Shown piece by piece: positions 47,215 through 58,202 of a DNA stretch of 64,000 nucleotides. The DNA comes from a virus. The first letter of the stretch is position 1. The number at the start of each line of letters is the position of its first letter. Both the position numbers and the translations under genes were made by a program. The stretch covers positions 1 to 64,000 of the IMG/VR virus record IMGVR_UViG_3300022074_000006. One strand, 5' to 3'. Below the pieces are notes generated by a model. That model was given only the letters and a program-made list of their open reading frames with translations, ran no database searches and was not told the origin of the DNA.

Positions 47215-48183
47215 GTGGCTGGTATATTAGATCCTAAAACTAGAGTCATGGACTTTATCATGACAGAGCTGGGTAGAGAGCAAGCTGCTCAAGGAGAAAT
47301 GAGAATTAAGTACGCAACGTTTACGGACCGCGCGGCATTCTATTCTTCAGGCTCAATCAAAGGAGTTGCAGATCCTGCAGAAAATAGACTTTACTTCGAG
47401 GCTGCATCTTCGCCTCATGACTCTATTGTAATAGAATCTGACTTTGATGGAAATATAAAACCATTTGATGCCGATGAATTTAAAATAGATGGATCTGATG
47501 TAATAAAACAAACAGCTCTTCCAGGTCAAGATATTGTTTTAAAGACAGGCCAGATATTGCCGATCGCTTCTAAGATATTGAATAGTATAACTTCTTCAAT
47601 AGAAAGCACTCAGTATATTAGAACCACCGATCTTTTCATAGAAGATAGAGACTTTGTTGCAGAACCTAAAACTCTTTTCTATTCTTACAATGACGATCCT
47701 GACTTGCCATCATCACCATACTCAGAAAGCGCGAAGAGTGTTGTTCTGGTAGATCAATTAACCAGTCTTTTTCAAGACAAGAAACTTGCTCACATTCCAA
47801 GCTTTCATTTTTTACCACCTAGGAATATGCCGAGCCCTGAGAATAATGACGGAAATTCTCTGGGTGAATATGCAAAATTTAGAGATGAATATGACGACAA
47901 GCAAAATCCAAGAAAAGCTTACGATGATTCTCTAAATTCTGGCTTTGAAAAAAGAAGAATCTATTTTAACGAAAGAACTCCTGACAACAATCTAATAGTT
48001 CAGCCGTTTCATTTTAGTGAAGACGGAGTTGACAAGCTTTCTGTAGTCGATGGAGGCCAATACGTTAAAGAGACGACAGGAGAAAGACGTCATGTCTTTT
48101 ACATAGGTCGACTTTTCGCTGATACGAAAAAAACTACCACCTACATTCACCTGTTTACTTTAGTCTTTAGAGAGAGAAATTAA
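47215..48183 (+). CDS. Baseplate/fibre-attachment-like protein, paralogous at its N-terminus to 58203-58913
   Basis: MAGILDPKTRVMDFIMTELGREQAAQGEMRIKYATFTD. GAGGAG SD at 47201-06, GTG start. Confidence 0.6.
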   Translation: MAGILDPKTRVMDFIMTELGREQAAQGEMRIKYATFTDRAAFYSSGSIKGVADPAENRLYFEAASSPHDSIVIESDFDGNIKPFDADEFKIDGSDVIKQTALPGQDIVLKTGQILPIASKILNSITSSIESTQYIRTTDLFIEDRDFVAEPKTLFYSYNDDPDLPSSPYSESAKSVVLVDQLTSLFQDKKLAHIPSFHFLPPRNMPSPENNDGNSLGEYAKFRDEYDDKQNPRKAYDDSLNSGFEKRRIYFNERTPDNNLIVQPFHFSEDGVDKLSVVDGGQYVKETTGERRHVFYIGRLFADTKKTTTYIHLFTLVFRERN

Positions 48184-48184
48184 A

Positions 48185-51061
48185 TTGAGAGTAAGAATTC
48201 AACTTCCAGTTTATGGTTTAAACTTATCTAAGAAAGAGTCTGATTCGAAAACCCAATCAGGAAAAAAGTCTAAGGCAAAATTTTCTAGAAAAGCGAAAGT
48301 CAAAAAAAGAAAAACAAGCAAAATTATTAGAAAGAAAGGTTCTCCCGGAGCTTACAAGGGGAAAAAGAAAAACTCAGATAGAACTAGAGTTACTAAGGCG
48401 GGCACCGGATTTAACCCTGGAAAATTTGTTGTCAAAAAGCCTTTTCTAAAAAAGCCTAAAAACTTTGCAAGAAAAAGAAAAATCGAGACTGAACTTATAC
48501 CTGACATGAATCGGTTTGGATCTTTTGACGACATCGTCAAGATGAGCGAAGGAGACTTAACAATACCTGACGTAGATCAGGCAAAAAGGTCTTTGAAATT
48601 TACTGACTCAATACCTGTTTCTCTTAGGTTTTTTGTTGATGCAAATCTCATAAGGGACAATAAAATAACTAGTGCTGATATCACCTTAGAGAAACCCAGA
48701 ACAACAAGAGGAACAACAAGAAACAGAAATATTGTAACTAGTCCTTCCGTCGATAGATCTTTTTATGAAAGACAGGCAGATAATTCAGAAAAGTCTATTA
48801 TTGGAAGAAGATATGTCGGATTCGAAAACATATACGACTTAAAAGAAGATATCGAATACAAGGTGTATCTTTCTAAGCAGCAGCTGAAAGCTGTTCAAAC
48901 GTTACCTGAGCTTCATTTTGGAAATATCAAGAGCTCTAGAGTTAAGATTCCTTCCATAGTCAAATCTTCACCGCTATTACAAACAAAAGGCTACAGCAGT
49001 CAATTTAAAGATTGGCGAAAAGGAAAAGGAAGAGACCCAGGAGACCAAATTAACAAGAGTCCTGCGATAAGTCCAGCTCAGGGAGTTCTAGGGGATCCAA
49101 GATCTTTGCTGAAAACTGTAGGCGCATCTTTTGGGATTCAAGTGGGCAATGTTTTGTCACGTTCTGGGCTTCCAACAGGTGCCTTTATCGGTACAAACAA
49201 GATGAGTCCTGCCGCGGCTTCACTTTCAGTTGTTACGTCTCCTGAGGTTCAAAGAAACTTCTTGAAAATTAAGTCAAAGTTGATCCCAATAGTCGTAAAT
49301 TTTTATATCAAAAATCCAAAGTATATCAACAACATAGTTGCAAGGATCTCTTTAAAGTCTAAGAATTCTCTGGGAGAACAAGTCGTGGCAATTGGATCAA
49401 GAGCTTATTCTATAGATAGAAGAATGAGAGCTTGCCTTTTGCCGATCACGCCACCTGACATAAAAGCACAACCCCTTGGCAGTGGAAACGTAAAAATAGA
49501 CATTGTCCAGAAAGATTATCTAGGGACTCATGCCACGATTTACGCAAAGTTTCTCGATGCAGACGGTGAGACTGTTGTGGGCTGGACTAAGCAAAAGACC
49601 GTTGAGTGTCGAGAGGCGACGACAACTTTTATGAATTTCTCTTCGTTTAGGCATACTTTTGTTTGTCTGCGGGCAGTTGGTGTAAATGGAATGGGAAAAA
49701 CTTCTTCGTACACATCAGCCCAATGCAAGAACGCAAGGCCGATAATAAGGGCCGGCCTAGAAGAAAATTATGCATCATTTAGAAAAATGCCTACTGTTTA
49801 CGCTCGACAAGAAAAATACGGAGCCAGAGTCTATCTAGAAAATCTAGAAAGTTCCGGAAAAGTTACAGTGTACAGGGAAGACCTGTCTACTGGAAAAACC
49901 CACAAAGCATATTCAGCCACCCTGTCTGGAAAAGGTAGTACTTTTTTTAGTGATCGATCAGTAAAGGTAGGTTCTGTGTATCGATACTATGCTGTATATG
50001 ATATATCAGAGCCTATCCCTAATTTCAAGACATCCTATAAAGACTGTGTGTATAAACACAGGTTGCTGGATGAGACTGCTCAGAGTTTAAATTTATCGAT
50101 AAGAGGGAGTCAAACATCTAACGGGACATCTTCGTCTTTGAGAGATGACAGTGTGTCGATCAGCTTAGGATTAAACCCTTCTACTGAGGGGCTTAAAAGC
50201 GTCCTGGAGGTTCTAAGAAACGAAGAAGTTGATAATTTAAACTCAGAAGATCAAAAGTCTGCAATTAATAGCTTAGAAGATTTTTATGCAATTAGAGCAA
50301 CCAGGATTGACTCTCTTACTGGCGAAAGAGTACTGTTTGACTTTGTCCCTCTAAACGTTTCTGACAACAGAGTGTTGGTGAGTGACTCACCAGGAACAAG
50401 ACAGAAATCAGATAACAGAAACGCTTTACCTCCTATTCCGGGAAGAAAATACATCTACAAAATAAAACTATACAGGACTTCGGTTGAAGACTTAATGGGA
50501 AAAGAATCCGAAGCTTCTATTCAAATTGAAAGACCGATCGGTAATCTCTCTAAGATAACTGGGGTGGAAAGAAGATTTTTTAAAGATGAGTCTTCCAGTA
50601 GGGGGATCATGAGAAGCGAGGGGTTTGTGAAAAACGACAGGAACTATTCCAAGAGATCTCTTTCCTATTCTAGAAATTGTACCGGTGTAGAACTAACTAC
50701 TACTGTAAAAATTCCTGTGTCTAAAAATAAGATTGTCAATGTTGACATAGACAGCGTTTCTAACCAGTTTGATATATTGACTTGGGAGTATACTGGCAGG
50801 GTGGTTGACCTAGACCACTTTGTGATCTTAGAGAAGTCACAAGATAGGTGTGTGCCTGTTGGTGCTAAACACATTGATGACGATTCCCATAGATTTAGCT
50901 TTAACTTAGTAAACAGTGACCCGACATACGATAGACACTATATCATAAGAGCGTATGACGATGAGGGTGAAGTCATAGCTGAAGAAGCTTCAGATGACAA
51001 AGAGCTGGAATATCCTTTCAATATTGAGGTGTTGAAAAACATGTTTGGAAGAATTAGATAG
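48185..51061 (+). CDS. Structural protein with very basic N-terminus and FN3/Ig-like beta domains
   Basis: K/R-rich first ~110 aa. FSDRSVKVGSVYRYY and ILTWEY..HFVI..YIIRA resemble FN3 strands. TTG start. Confidence 0.6.
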   Translation: MRVRIQLPVYGLNLSKKESDSKTQSGKKSKAKFSRKAKVKKRKTSKIIRKKGSPGAYKGKKKNSDRTRVTKAGTGFNPGKFVVKKPFLKKPKNFARKRKIETELIPDMNRFGSFDDIVKMSEGDLTIPDVDQAKRSLKFTDSIPVSLRFFVDANLIRDNKITSADITLEKPRTTRGTTRNRNIVTSPSVDRSFYERQADNSEKSIIGRRYVGFENIYDLKEDIEYKVYLSKQQLKAVQTLPELHFGNIKSSRVKIPSIVKSSPLLQTKGYSSQFKDWRKGKGRDPGDQINKSPAISPAQGVLGDPRSLLKTVGASFGIQVGNVLSRSGLPTGAFIGTNKMSPAAASLSVVTSPEVQRNFLKIKSKLIPIVVNFYIKNPKYINNIVARISLKSKNSLGEQVVAIGSRAYSIDRRMRACLLPITPPDIKAQPLGSGNVKIDIVQKDYLGTHATIYAKFLDADGETVVGWTKQKTVECREATTTFMNFSSFRHTFVCLRAVGVNGMGKTSSYTSAQCKNARPIIRAGLEENYASFRKMPTVYARQEKYGARVYLENLESSGKVTVYREDLSTGKTHKAYSATLSGKGSTFFSDRSVKVGSVYRYYAVYDISEPIPNFKTSYKDCVYKHRLLDETAQSLNLSIRGSQTSNGTSSSLRDDSVSISLGLNPSTEGLKSVLEVLRNEEVDNLNSEDQKSAINSLEDFYAIRATRIDSLTGERVLFDFVPLNVSDNRVLVSDSPGTRQKSDNRNALPPIPGRKYIYKIKLYRTSVEDLMGKESEASIQIERPIGNLSKITGVERRFFKDESSSRGIMRSEGFVKNDRNYSKRSLSYSRNCTGVELTTTVKIPVSKNKIVNVDIDSVSNQFDILTWEYTGRVVDLDHFVILEKSQDRCVPVGAKHIDDDSHRFSFNLVNSDPTYDRHYIIRAYDDEGEVIAEEASDDKELEYPFNIEVLKNMFGRIR

Positions 51062-51078
51062 ATTGACATGGTAGAGAA

Positions 51079-54000
51079 ATGACTGTAAGACCTAATTCAC
51101 AAAGAAAAGCGATGATCACGATTCAGCGTGGTCCTAGAGAAAATGACAATGAGGCATCTGTTACTGTTGATGCGTCTTCTATAGAGACGGCTACGCCTCT
51201 TTCTGAAGCTCAAACCCCGGAGGAAGAAAGGAGGGAAAACAAGAAGAGGGCTCAAATAGTCGGAATGATGGGGCTAGATACAATTGCGTCTTCTGTTGGA
51301 TTTGACAATTTTTTCAACTACTTTACGCTCCGAAGCATAGAGTCCGAGCTTACACAAGAAATACTCGAAACTCAGCTAGAAAACTTTGACTTAAGCGATC
51401 GAGAAGACAAGAGAGTCCTTGCGATGGTGGCAGGTCAACAAAGAGTACATAGAATTTATGGAAATATGATTTTCGGTTATCATGAGGCTCTTAGAAACAT
51501 AACTAAAGGGGTAGATCCATCTGAATCAAATTCAGGTTTCAGGTCGTATTTTCGGTCTGGAGAAGGAGGGTCTCCAAGAATGTCACTATACAGTTTTTAT
51601 CCTTCCGAAGAGGAAAGAGCAGGATCGTCTGATTTAGACTTTCCGGAAGCAGTGGAGAAATACCTAGGAATAGAAGATTTCTATAACGAAAGACCAACAA
51701 TCCAGTATTTAAAATTGTATTCTGACTATTACGCTTCTTTCTTTCCTAGGACCGGCCCAAATTACTTCAGGTACGACAATCGTGCAACAAGGTTTGTTGG
51801 AATGGGTGATAGGTTGTCTGGTTACATCAATGAAAGAGCCAATCAAAGTGCAGAAGGCTTTAAAGATAGACATAATATCGTAGAAATGACAATTCATGAC
51901 GCTGCGATGGTTCCCACCATCAAGTGCAATACGAAAGGAGATCCACTAAGAACTTCTGAAGGAGCTCCTTTTAAAAAGATTAGAGGGTCTCATTCAACAC
52001 CAAAAATGCTGGCAGCGATGATACATGTTATCTCCAGAGATGCAGAAGTCTCTTCTTTTGTTCTAGACACCGAAAAGAAAAGCCGGCTTCAAGTATCTAG
52101 GATCACAAACTCTGTAAGACTAAGAACTGTCATTAAGGACTTAGAAGAGGCTAACAATCACATAGCAGCCTCCGTTGTTGTTCCTAGGCGAGAATATCCG
52201 ATGAGAGATTCTAACGGGAACTTTAGGCAAAAATTTGCCAGAATTCTTTCATATGAAAGAGTGGGAAATGAGAGAATTGCAAGGGGAAGAAGAAATTCTC
52301 CAATGACAATTTCAACAGGTCAAGCTTATGAACTAGTTCAGGGTGGATCTAATTCTTCTATGCTCTTAGAGGACATAAACGAAGATAGAAGAGAAAGAGC
52401 AATCAATTCAATGGCTGCTCTAGTCGACACGGGATTCAAAAACGTCTCAAGCGGTCTAACGTCTCAGATCGGAAATTTCCTAAAAACACTTGACCTCTAT
52501 GTATCCCGAATGGTCAGAGGGCTCGAAAGAATTAACCCGAAGTCTTTTGATGAATATCTTGCTGATGGCGGAGATGGAGGTGGCGAAGGATTCACTTTTA
52601 TGGACGAAACTAGAGCCAAAGCTGCCGGAATATCAAAAGCAGACTATCTAGCAACCCTAAATCCTGAGGGTAGCCCTGCAGCAGATCGAGGGGCATGGCG
52701 AAACGCAAAACATCGAACTGAATCTCTTCTAAGTAGGGCAGGAGGGGGAATTGGCGGCGCCGGCATATCATCAGTAGAAGATGAAGACAAGGAAAGATTA
52801 AGAGAGCTGCTGAACGACTTTTTAAGAGAAATTACTGACTTGCCTGCTCCAGGCAAATATAACGCAGCCTCTTCAGGGGTCATCCACATAGATTCTGAAG
52901 TGACAACCAAGGGGTCTAATTGGAAAAGACAGATCGGACATCAGAGAGTTGCAATGGGCCTTGCATTGGTTCTTGGTGCAATGAAAAAAAGAAACACGAA
53001 GGGGAGCAACAACAAGCCAGAATATTACCATAGACTCTATTCAAGATTTAAGTTCGGTGTCTTTACGAAGTTAACTCAGGACTATGAAGGGCTTTTGTCT
53101 TCTGACCCTAATCTCGCTTATGTTGATCACAATTTATCATCAGGTGCCTCTAGAGATCAGGGGGTTGAAACTTCTCTAAGCAGGGGAGGAAACGCTGAAG
53201 GCTCACCTTTTGTTTTAGGAGGAGTGGACATGGCCTTTCGGCGCCCCTATGTTCCTCGAGGGGGCCTAGGGAAAATTCCTTTTAGGGCATACGGGAATCG
53301 TCTTTCTGCAGACGCCTCTAGAAAAATTAATCACATTTCTGCGGAAGGGCTAGACTTAGATAAAAAGGGAGAATTTTTTGGGTACATAAAGATGCCCAAT
53401 AAGTATGGAGGAAAAATAAGAATCCCTACTAGTGAAAACTCTAGAGTTTTTTACGGAAAGCTGGGAGGCTATACAGGAAATGGAAACATGCTGATAGATG
53501 CATCAGCTTCAGACATTGCTGATCTTGTCAATAGGTGGTACAGCAATGATATCATTTCAATTTGTGAGAGGTCGAGGCGTCACGGAGATCTTGAAGAATA
53601 TTCAGGTGCTAACGGTTCAGAAAACTTTGGAGTCACGCTTGCGGGAGGGCAAGCAGAAGAGTACTATGAGATCGGGTGGGCTCTCATAGGAGACATAGTT
53701 GCAAATAGAATAGTTGGCCTAGATGATGAATACAAAAGAAAAGATGTTATGACAGCGGAAGGTTTGACAAAAGTTGGTGGCGTTGGATTAGATTCTATTC
53801 TCTCTATCTTTTTTGAATTGCTGGGAATGGTTGCAGATGCAATTCCAGTCCACGTTTGCTTTGCAACTGACTTTGTTGGAAATAGTTCAGATTCAAACGA
53901 TACGGTCCACATAGAAGACGTCGACCTAAGAAACGCTGTTAATGAAAAGATTGGAAGCGAGTTCTTTCCTGACTACGATCAGGCCACAAGAGGGAGCTTA

Positions 54001-56223
54001 TTTTTATCAAAGTCCGGAGTTGATCTAAATGAATCAGAATCATCAGAGTCCATAGGTGATGTAGAATCTTTTAACGAACTCTATAGAGAATTAAGAAGAG
54101 CTATTACTCACGAAGATGCTTTGGTAAGAATGACTAGCGGTCTTATGCAAAACGATGGATCTTTTGCGGGACAAAGAGCAATTGTCAATGCGGCCCAAGA
54201 TGCAATTGGAGAATCAAGCACCAACAAAAAAGCATCCACTTGGGTTAACAGAATGATAGAAGACCTAGAAGACAGATTAGACTCTGTGGCATCGGGTCCT
54301 GACGACACCCGCAATTTAGATGTCGCGATAGTCGTGAACAAAAAGCTCACCTTTACAATGAAGGGAAGAAGAGCAAGATCTTTTGAAGGATGTAAGACAC
54401 TAGGGTGGATCGGATCGATAGCAAAATACTTTCAGGACGGTGTTCCTTTTCGCAGTGCCATAAAAAAGTATGTAAATGATCATCCGGATTCAAAAGGTGG
54501 AAATGTATTGTTTGAAGGCTACTCCCCAGACGGCAATATCGAATTAGGTCAAGGGGAACGATTAGACATGGCAATCGACTACTACCAGACTTGTGACAGC
54601 TATTTAGACTCTTTGGGGACTTTGAGAAAAGGATCCATTCAGGATATTTTTAGCTTGGCTTCTCATCTTTATGAAGCTGAGGCTGCTCAAATGATTGCTT
54701 ATCGAGGGATGATGGCATTTAATCATTGTCTCATGAGAGACACATCGGCGACCAATTCTATGATCAAGAAATACACTGGCGCCGCTCATGAATCAGATAT
54801 GATGGCCTCAGTTGCCTTCATGGCTGGCGGACAGTTTGGAGAAAAACACTTAAAAGAGGCATATGAGAACTTTGACTATACATCAAAAGATAGACCTACA
54901 AGAACTGCTGCCAAACTCTCGCCTAAGGGATTTGCAACCCAAAATTTGTCAATGGATCTGAGAACTCTGACCCCTGACGACTATAACCCTTCAGAGCTGC
55001 TTCAGATGTCTTGCACTAGTGAATATTCAGACAAGATAAGAAGAATCGTCCAGATTTACTTTAATTCCCCTAAGTACAAAGTTGATGATACGAGAGAGTC
55101 GATCGTTGTTCTCGGATGTCCGTCTGGAACAGATCAGTCAATCCTTTCGTCATCTGCCAAAAAACCGTTAAAAGTCAACGGAAGGTTCGGAAGATCTGAT
55201 TTTAATGTAAACGCATTTGACAACAGCAATAGTTCAGGGGCTATTCTGAGACACTTTAGGTTGACGGTTGATAGAGACTTTACGGTAGGACCTGATGAAG
55301 AAAATGCTTTTAGTGTAGAAAGAAAATATCTTCACAAGTATTTTCTTCTTCCTGAGTCTTTTGATGAAGTTGATCTAGATGACGCAGCAGGAAACTCTAG
55401 AGGTTTCGTTCGAGGTTTAGCAGAGAATGCTCGATGGTATTACTGTAAGAAAAAAGCGGTTGGAAATGGCATTGATATCGGGGCACCTCTCGCTTATAAA
55501 AGCTTTACATCCATTACGAGAGAATCAGGATCAGGAACCCGATCCGAAAGAAAGCGAGCCCTTGAAGACATGACGGAATCATTTATTTTACAGTGGATGT
55601 TTGCTATGTCAACGGGTGTATATATAGATCAGGACCTCTTGTTCGAAAATGAAAGAAATATCAATTCTATGGATCTCTTGATGCCTGGAACAAATGCCAC
55701 TTCTCTTTCATATTTTACAAGAAAAGAAACTGCAAAGGTTGACGGAGGAGGATACCCTACATTAGGGTTTGATCCGAATGTAACGGAAAATCTCTTTGTA
55801 GAAAGCCCAATTCCGGATGATAGGCCTATCATAGAAAACATCAACCATACGATCTTTGGAACGATATTTGGCACCCCTAGGATGGGCTTGGTGACAGACG
55901 CAGAAGCAAGAAATCTTGTGGTTGACAACTATAGAACAGAGCTAGACCCAGACACAGGGGCTGAGGTTATTGTTCCGATTGTCGCTGATATCAAGCCCTG
56001 GAACATAAGGTTAACTTCTGGCTTAATGAATACTTTTATGCATAGAGGGCCTTTGAATACAAAAACCATGATAAGAAGGCCTATGTTCGACTATCTGATG
56101 TTTATCAGAGTCAAAAAAGATGATATTGATAGAATGGGGATTAAAAAGGTAGATGTTGTGTCCTATAGAGGGACGATCACTAGAGGATCGTCTACAGATT
56201 ACCTAAGTGCAATAGAGGATTAG
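51079..56223 (+). CDS. Large hypothetical protein (1714 aa), probably virion-associated
   Basis: Long open frame inside the structural operon. No recognisable motif. Confidence 0.7.
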   Translation: MTVRPNSQRKAMITIQRGPRENDNEASVTVDASSIETATPLSEAQTPEEERRENKKRAQIVGMMGLDTIASSVGFDNFFNYFTLRSIESELTQEILETQLENFDLSDREDKRVLAMVAGQQRVHRIYGNMIFGYHEALRNITKGVDPSESNSGFRSYFRSGEGGSPRMSLYSFYPSEEERAGSSDLDFPEAVEKYLGIEDFYNERPTIQYLKLYSDYYASFFPRTGPNYFRYDNRATRFVGMGDRLSGYINERANQSAEGFKDRHNIVEMTIHDAAMVPTIKCNTKGDPLRTSEGAPFKKIRGSHSTPKMLAAMIHVISRDAEVSSFVLDTEKKSRLQVSRITNSVRLRTVIKDLEEANNHIAASVVVPRREYPMRDSNGNFRQKFARILSYERVGNERIARGRRNSPMTISTGQAYELVQGGSNSSMLLEDINEDRRERAINSMAALVDTGFKNVSSGLTSQIGNFLKTLDLYVSRMVRGLERINPKSFDEYLADGGDGGGEGFTFMDETRAKAAGISKADYLATLNPEGSPAADRGAWRNAKHRTESLLSRAGGGIGGAGISSVEDEDKERLRELLNDFLREITDLPAPGKYNAASSGVIHIDSEVTTKGSNWKRQIGHQRVAMGLALVLGAMKKRNTKGSNNKPEYYHRLYSRFKFGVFTKLTQDYEGLLSSDPNLAYVDHNLSSGASRDQGVETSLSRGGNAEGSPFVLGGVDMAFRRPYVPRGGLGKIPFRAYGNRLSADASRKINHISAEGLDLDKKGEFFGYIKMPNKYGGKIRIPTSENSRVFYGKLGGYTGNGNMLIDASASDIADLVNRWYSNDIISICERSRRHGDLEEYSGANGSENFGVTLAGGQAEEYYEIGWALIGDIVANRIVGLDDEYKRKDVMTAEGLTKVGGVGLDSILSIFFELLGMVADAIPVHVCFATDFVGNSSDSNDTVHIEDVDLRNAVNEKIGSEFFPDYDQATRGSLFLSKSGVDLNESESSESIGDVESFNELYRELRRAITHEDALVRMTSGLMQNDGSFAGQRAIVNAAQDAIGESSTNKKASTWVNRMIEDLEDRLDSVASGPDDTRNLDVAIVVNKKLTFTMKGRRARSFEGCKTLGWIGSIAKYFQDGVPFRSAIKKYVNDHPDSKGGNVLFEGYSPDGNIELGQGERLDMAIDYYQTCDSYLDSLGTLRKGSIQDIFSLASHLYEAEAAQMIAYRGMMAFNHCLMRDTSATNSMIKKYTGAAHESDMMASVAFMAGGQFGEKHLKEAYENFDYTSKDRPTRTAAKLSPKGFATQNLSMDLRTLTPDDYNPSELLQMSCTSEYSDKIRRIVQIYFNSPKYKVDDTRESIVVLGCPSGTDQSILSSSAKKPLKVNGRFGRSDFNVNAFDNSNSSGAILRHFRLTVDRDFTVGPDEENAFSVERKYLHKYFLLPESFDEVDLDDAAGNSRGFVRGLAENARWYYCKKKAVGNGIDIGAPLAYKSFTSITRESGSGTRSERKRALEDMTESFILQWMFAMSTGVYIDQDLLFENERNINSMDLLMPGTNATSLSYFTRKETAKVDGGGYPTLGFDPNVTENLFVESPIPDDRPIIENINHTIFGTIFGTPRMGLVTDAEARNLVVDNYRTELDPDTGAEVIVPIVADIKPWNIRLTSGLMNTFMHRGPLNTKTMIRRPMFDYLMFIRVKKDDIDRMGIKKVDVVSYRGTITRGSSTDYLSAIED

Positions 56224-56230
56224 ACTAAAA

Positions 56231-58129
56231 ATGCCATACTTGCCGATATCACATAAAATAACTACAGTTTCCGCAGCAAGGCCAGAGATAATTGCAGTCA
56301 GATTCATATACAATAAATTCGAATCTGACGAAGCGATAAACGATATGCCTCTTGATGAAGAAGGAAACCCACTTCAAGCTTTCGAGATGTCAGAACAAGC
56401 TGCTGCTGAGTTTGAAAAAAGAAAGTCATTTTCTCAAGAAAATGCTCGTCTAATAGCAGTAACTTTGAGGTCTAATACTTTTCTAGGTAACACACCTCCA
56501 GAAGAAATAAAAGCTCTTCTTGCTGATAGAGACTTGGAAGATATTATACTCAAAGACATAGACTTAAATTATCCCAATGTTATGGGGACTAGGATCGGTG
56601 ACGGAGAGATAATTGGAAGAATCGCTAAGCTTACAAGGCATCTGCACGCTATAAAGTCAGGAGAAGTAACAGACGATCCTTCGAAGGTTAGAAGCACCCT
56701 AGAAAGTTTGTTTGTAGATGAAACAGGCAACATAGATCATGACAGAATAGAAGCAGTAGACGCGTGTTTCGTTGCTGTAGACCCTATAGCCCCAACACAC
56801 GGAGACGGACATGAAAGAGTAGTCAGGCCTCATGAATCAATGAAGACTGTAAACGTCCTATCAGAGCTTCCAGCTGAAAACCGATTTGTTAAGTCAGCGG
56901 CATATTCAGTTGATCTTAAGCTGTCTTCTAGATATTTCGATGATTGTCTAGGCTACGGAGCCAATTTTTGCTCAACTCCTTTGACTCAATTTGTTTTGAC
57001 AAACTATAGCGATATCAAGCGCCTAGGGAAAAACTCACGCAGAGTGTCTGAATCTTTTGTAGGCGGGTCTGAAGACTCCCTGATTGTTCCTCTTTACTTT
57101 GAGAAGGTGAGAAGGCATGCTGCACCTGAATACGTTAACGCAGGATTAGTTTTGCAAAAATATGAAGCTACCGAAAAAGGACTTCAGCATATTGAAGACT
57201 CCATATACGAGGTCACGAGAGACAATACACAGTTTACTGTTTTTGATCCTAAGATCAAGTATGGAGCAACTTACGCATATACGTCACGTGAGCTTTATCT
57301 TGTAACTGCTACAGTAAATGCAAACGTTCCAGGGATGGGTCCCGGAGTTTATAAGGTAAAGTTTTTAATAGAAGGGTCGCCATCAAAGACTCAGTTTGTC
57401 TCGTGTTTTGAAAAAATAGCACCTCGCCCACCAGAAGCCATATTTGTCAAAAGAGGACTGGGCGCCGAGGGAATTCAATTGCAATGGCAGTTCCCAGTAA
57501 ATCCTCAGCAAGACATTAAAAAGTTTCAAGTTTTTAGAAGAAAAAATATTCAAGAGCCTTTCTACCTGATTAGACAGATAGACTTTAACAATGCCGATCC
57601 TGTTATACCTTCTCCGGAGACAGTTGATCGTTCACTAATAGAGTACGCTGACTATCCTAAAACTTTTTTCATCGATAATGCTTTCACTCGAGATGATAAG
57701 TTTATCTATTCTGTATGCTCTGTTGATGCCCATGGATTTAGTTCAACACTCAGTGCACAGATAGAAGTAAGTATTGACAAAACCCGAAACAAGCTCAGGA
57801 TTAGAACTGTCTCTCCCGCAGGAGCTCCAAAACAGTATCCGAACATGTACGTTTCGTACACAGAATCAGAAAACATCAACCAGATAAGGCTGACTGAAGA
57901 TATCATAAGAACTTCAGGCTATGATGAGGTAGATGTCTTTTTTGAACCTGAAGCAAGAGGAGTCAAGAGAGGGTCAAAAACTTACAATATGTATCATCTG
58001 TCTAAATCACCGAATCCTGAAAATGAACCTAAGTTTGTTCTGCAGTTCATTAATTTAGACAACGGAAAGACACAAAATATAGACATCCTAATTAGAGATG
58101 TTAGAAAAGACAAAAGTCAACCACTTTGA
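56231..58129 (+). CDS. Structural protein with FN3-like domains
   Basis: DPKIKYGATYAY, PRPPEAI..IQLQWQFP..KKFQVFRR, YSVCSVDAHGFSS. Confidence 0.65.
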   Translation: MPYLPISHKITTVSAARPEIIAVRFIYNKFESDEAINDMPLDEEGNPLQAFEMSEQAAAEFEKRKSFSQENARLIAVTLRSNTFLGNTPPEEIKALLADRDLEDIILKDIDLNYPNVMGTRIGDGEIIGRIAKLTRHLHAIKSGEVTDDPSKVRSTLESLFVDETGNIDHDRIEAVDACFVAVDPIAPTHGDGHERVVRPHESMKTVNVLSELPAENRFVKSAAYSVDLKLSSRYFDDCLGYGANFCSTPLTQFVLTNYSDIKRLGKNSRRVSESFVGGSEDSLIVPLYFEKVRRHAAPEYVNAGLVLQKYEATEKGLQHIEDSIYEVTRDNTQFTVFDPKIKYGATYAYTSRELYLVTATVNANVPGMGPGVYKVKFLIEGSPSKTQFVSCFEKIAPRPPEAIFVKRGLGAEGIQLQWQFPVNPQQDIKKFQVFRRKNIQEPFYLIRQIDFNNADPVIPSPETVDRSLIEYADYPKTFFIDNAFTRDDKFIYSVCSVDAHGFSSTLSAQIEVSIDKTRNKLRIRTVSPAGAPKQYPNMYVSYTESENINQIRLTEDIIRTSGYDEVDVFFEPEARGVKRGSKTYNMYHLSKSPNPENEPKFVLQFINLDNGKTQNIDILIRDVRKDKSQPL

Positions 58130-58167
58130 CTGAAGTACAAATAATTTACGCTATCTTTAGCCGTATG

Positions 58168-58176
58168 TATATTTAA
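58168..58176 (+). promoter_or_regulatory. Candidate late-promoter motif TATATTTAA
   Basis: Lies in the intergenic gap 26 nt before ATG 58203. Identical to 21010-21018. Confidence 0.45.
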
Positions 58177-58202
58177 CATGGAGAACTGGAGAGAAACTTA
58201 AT

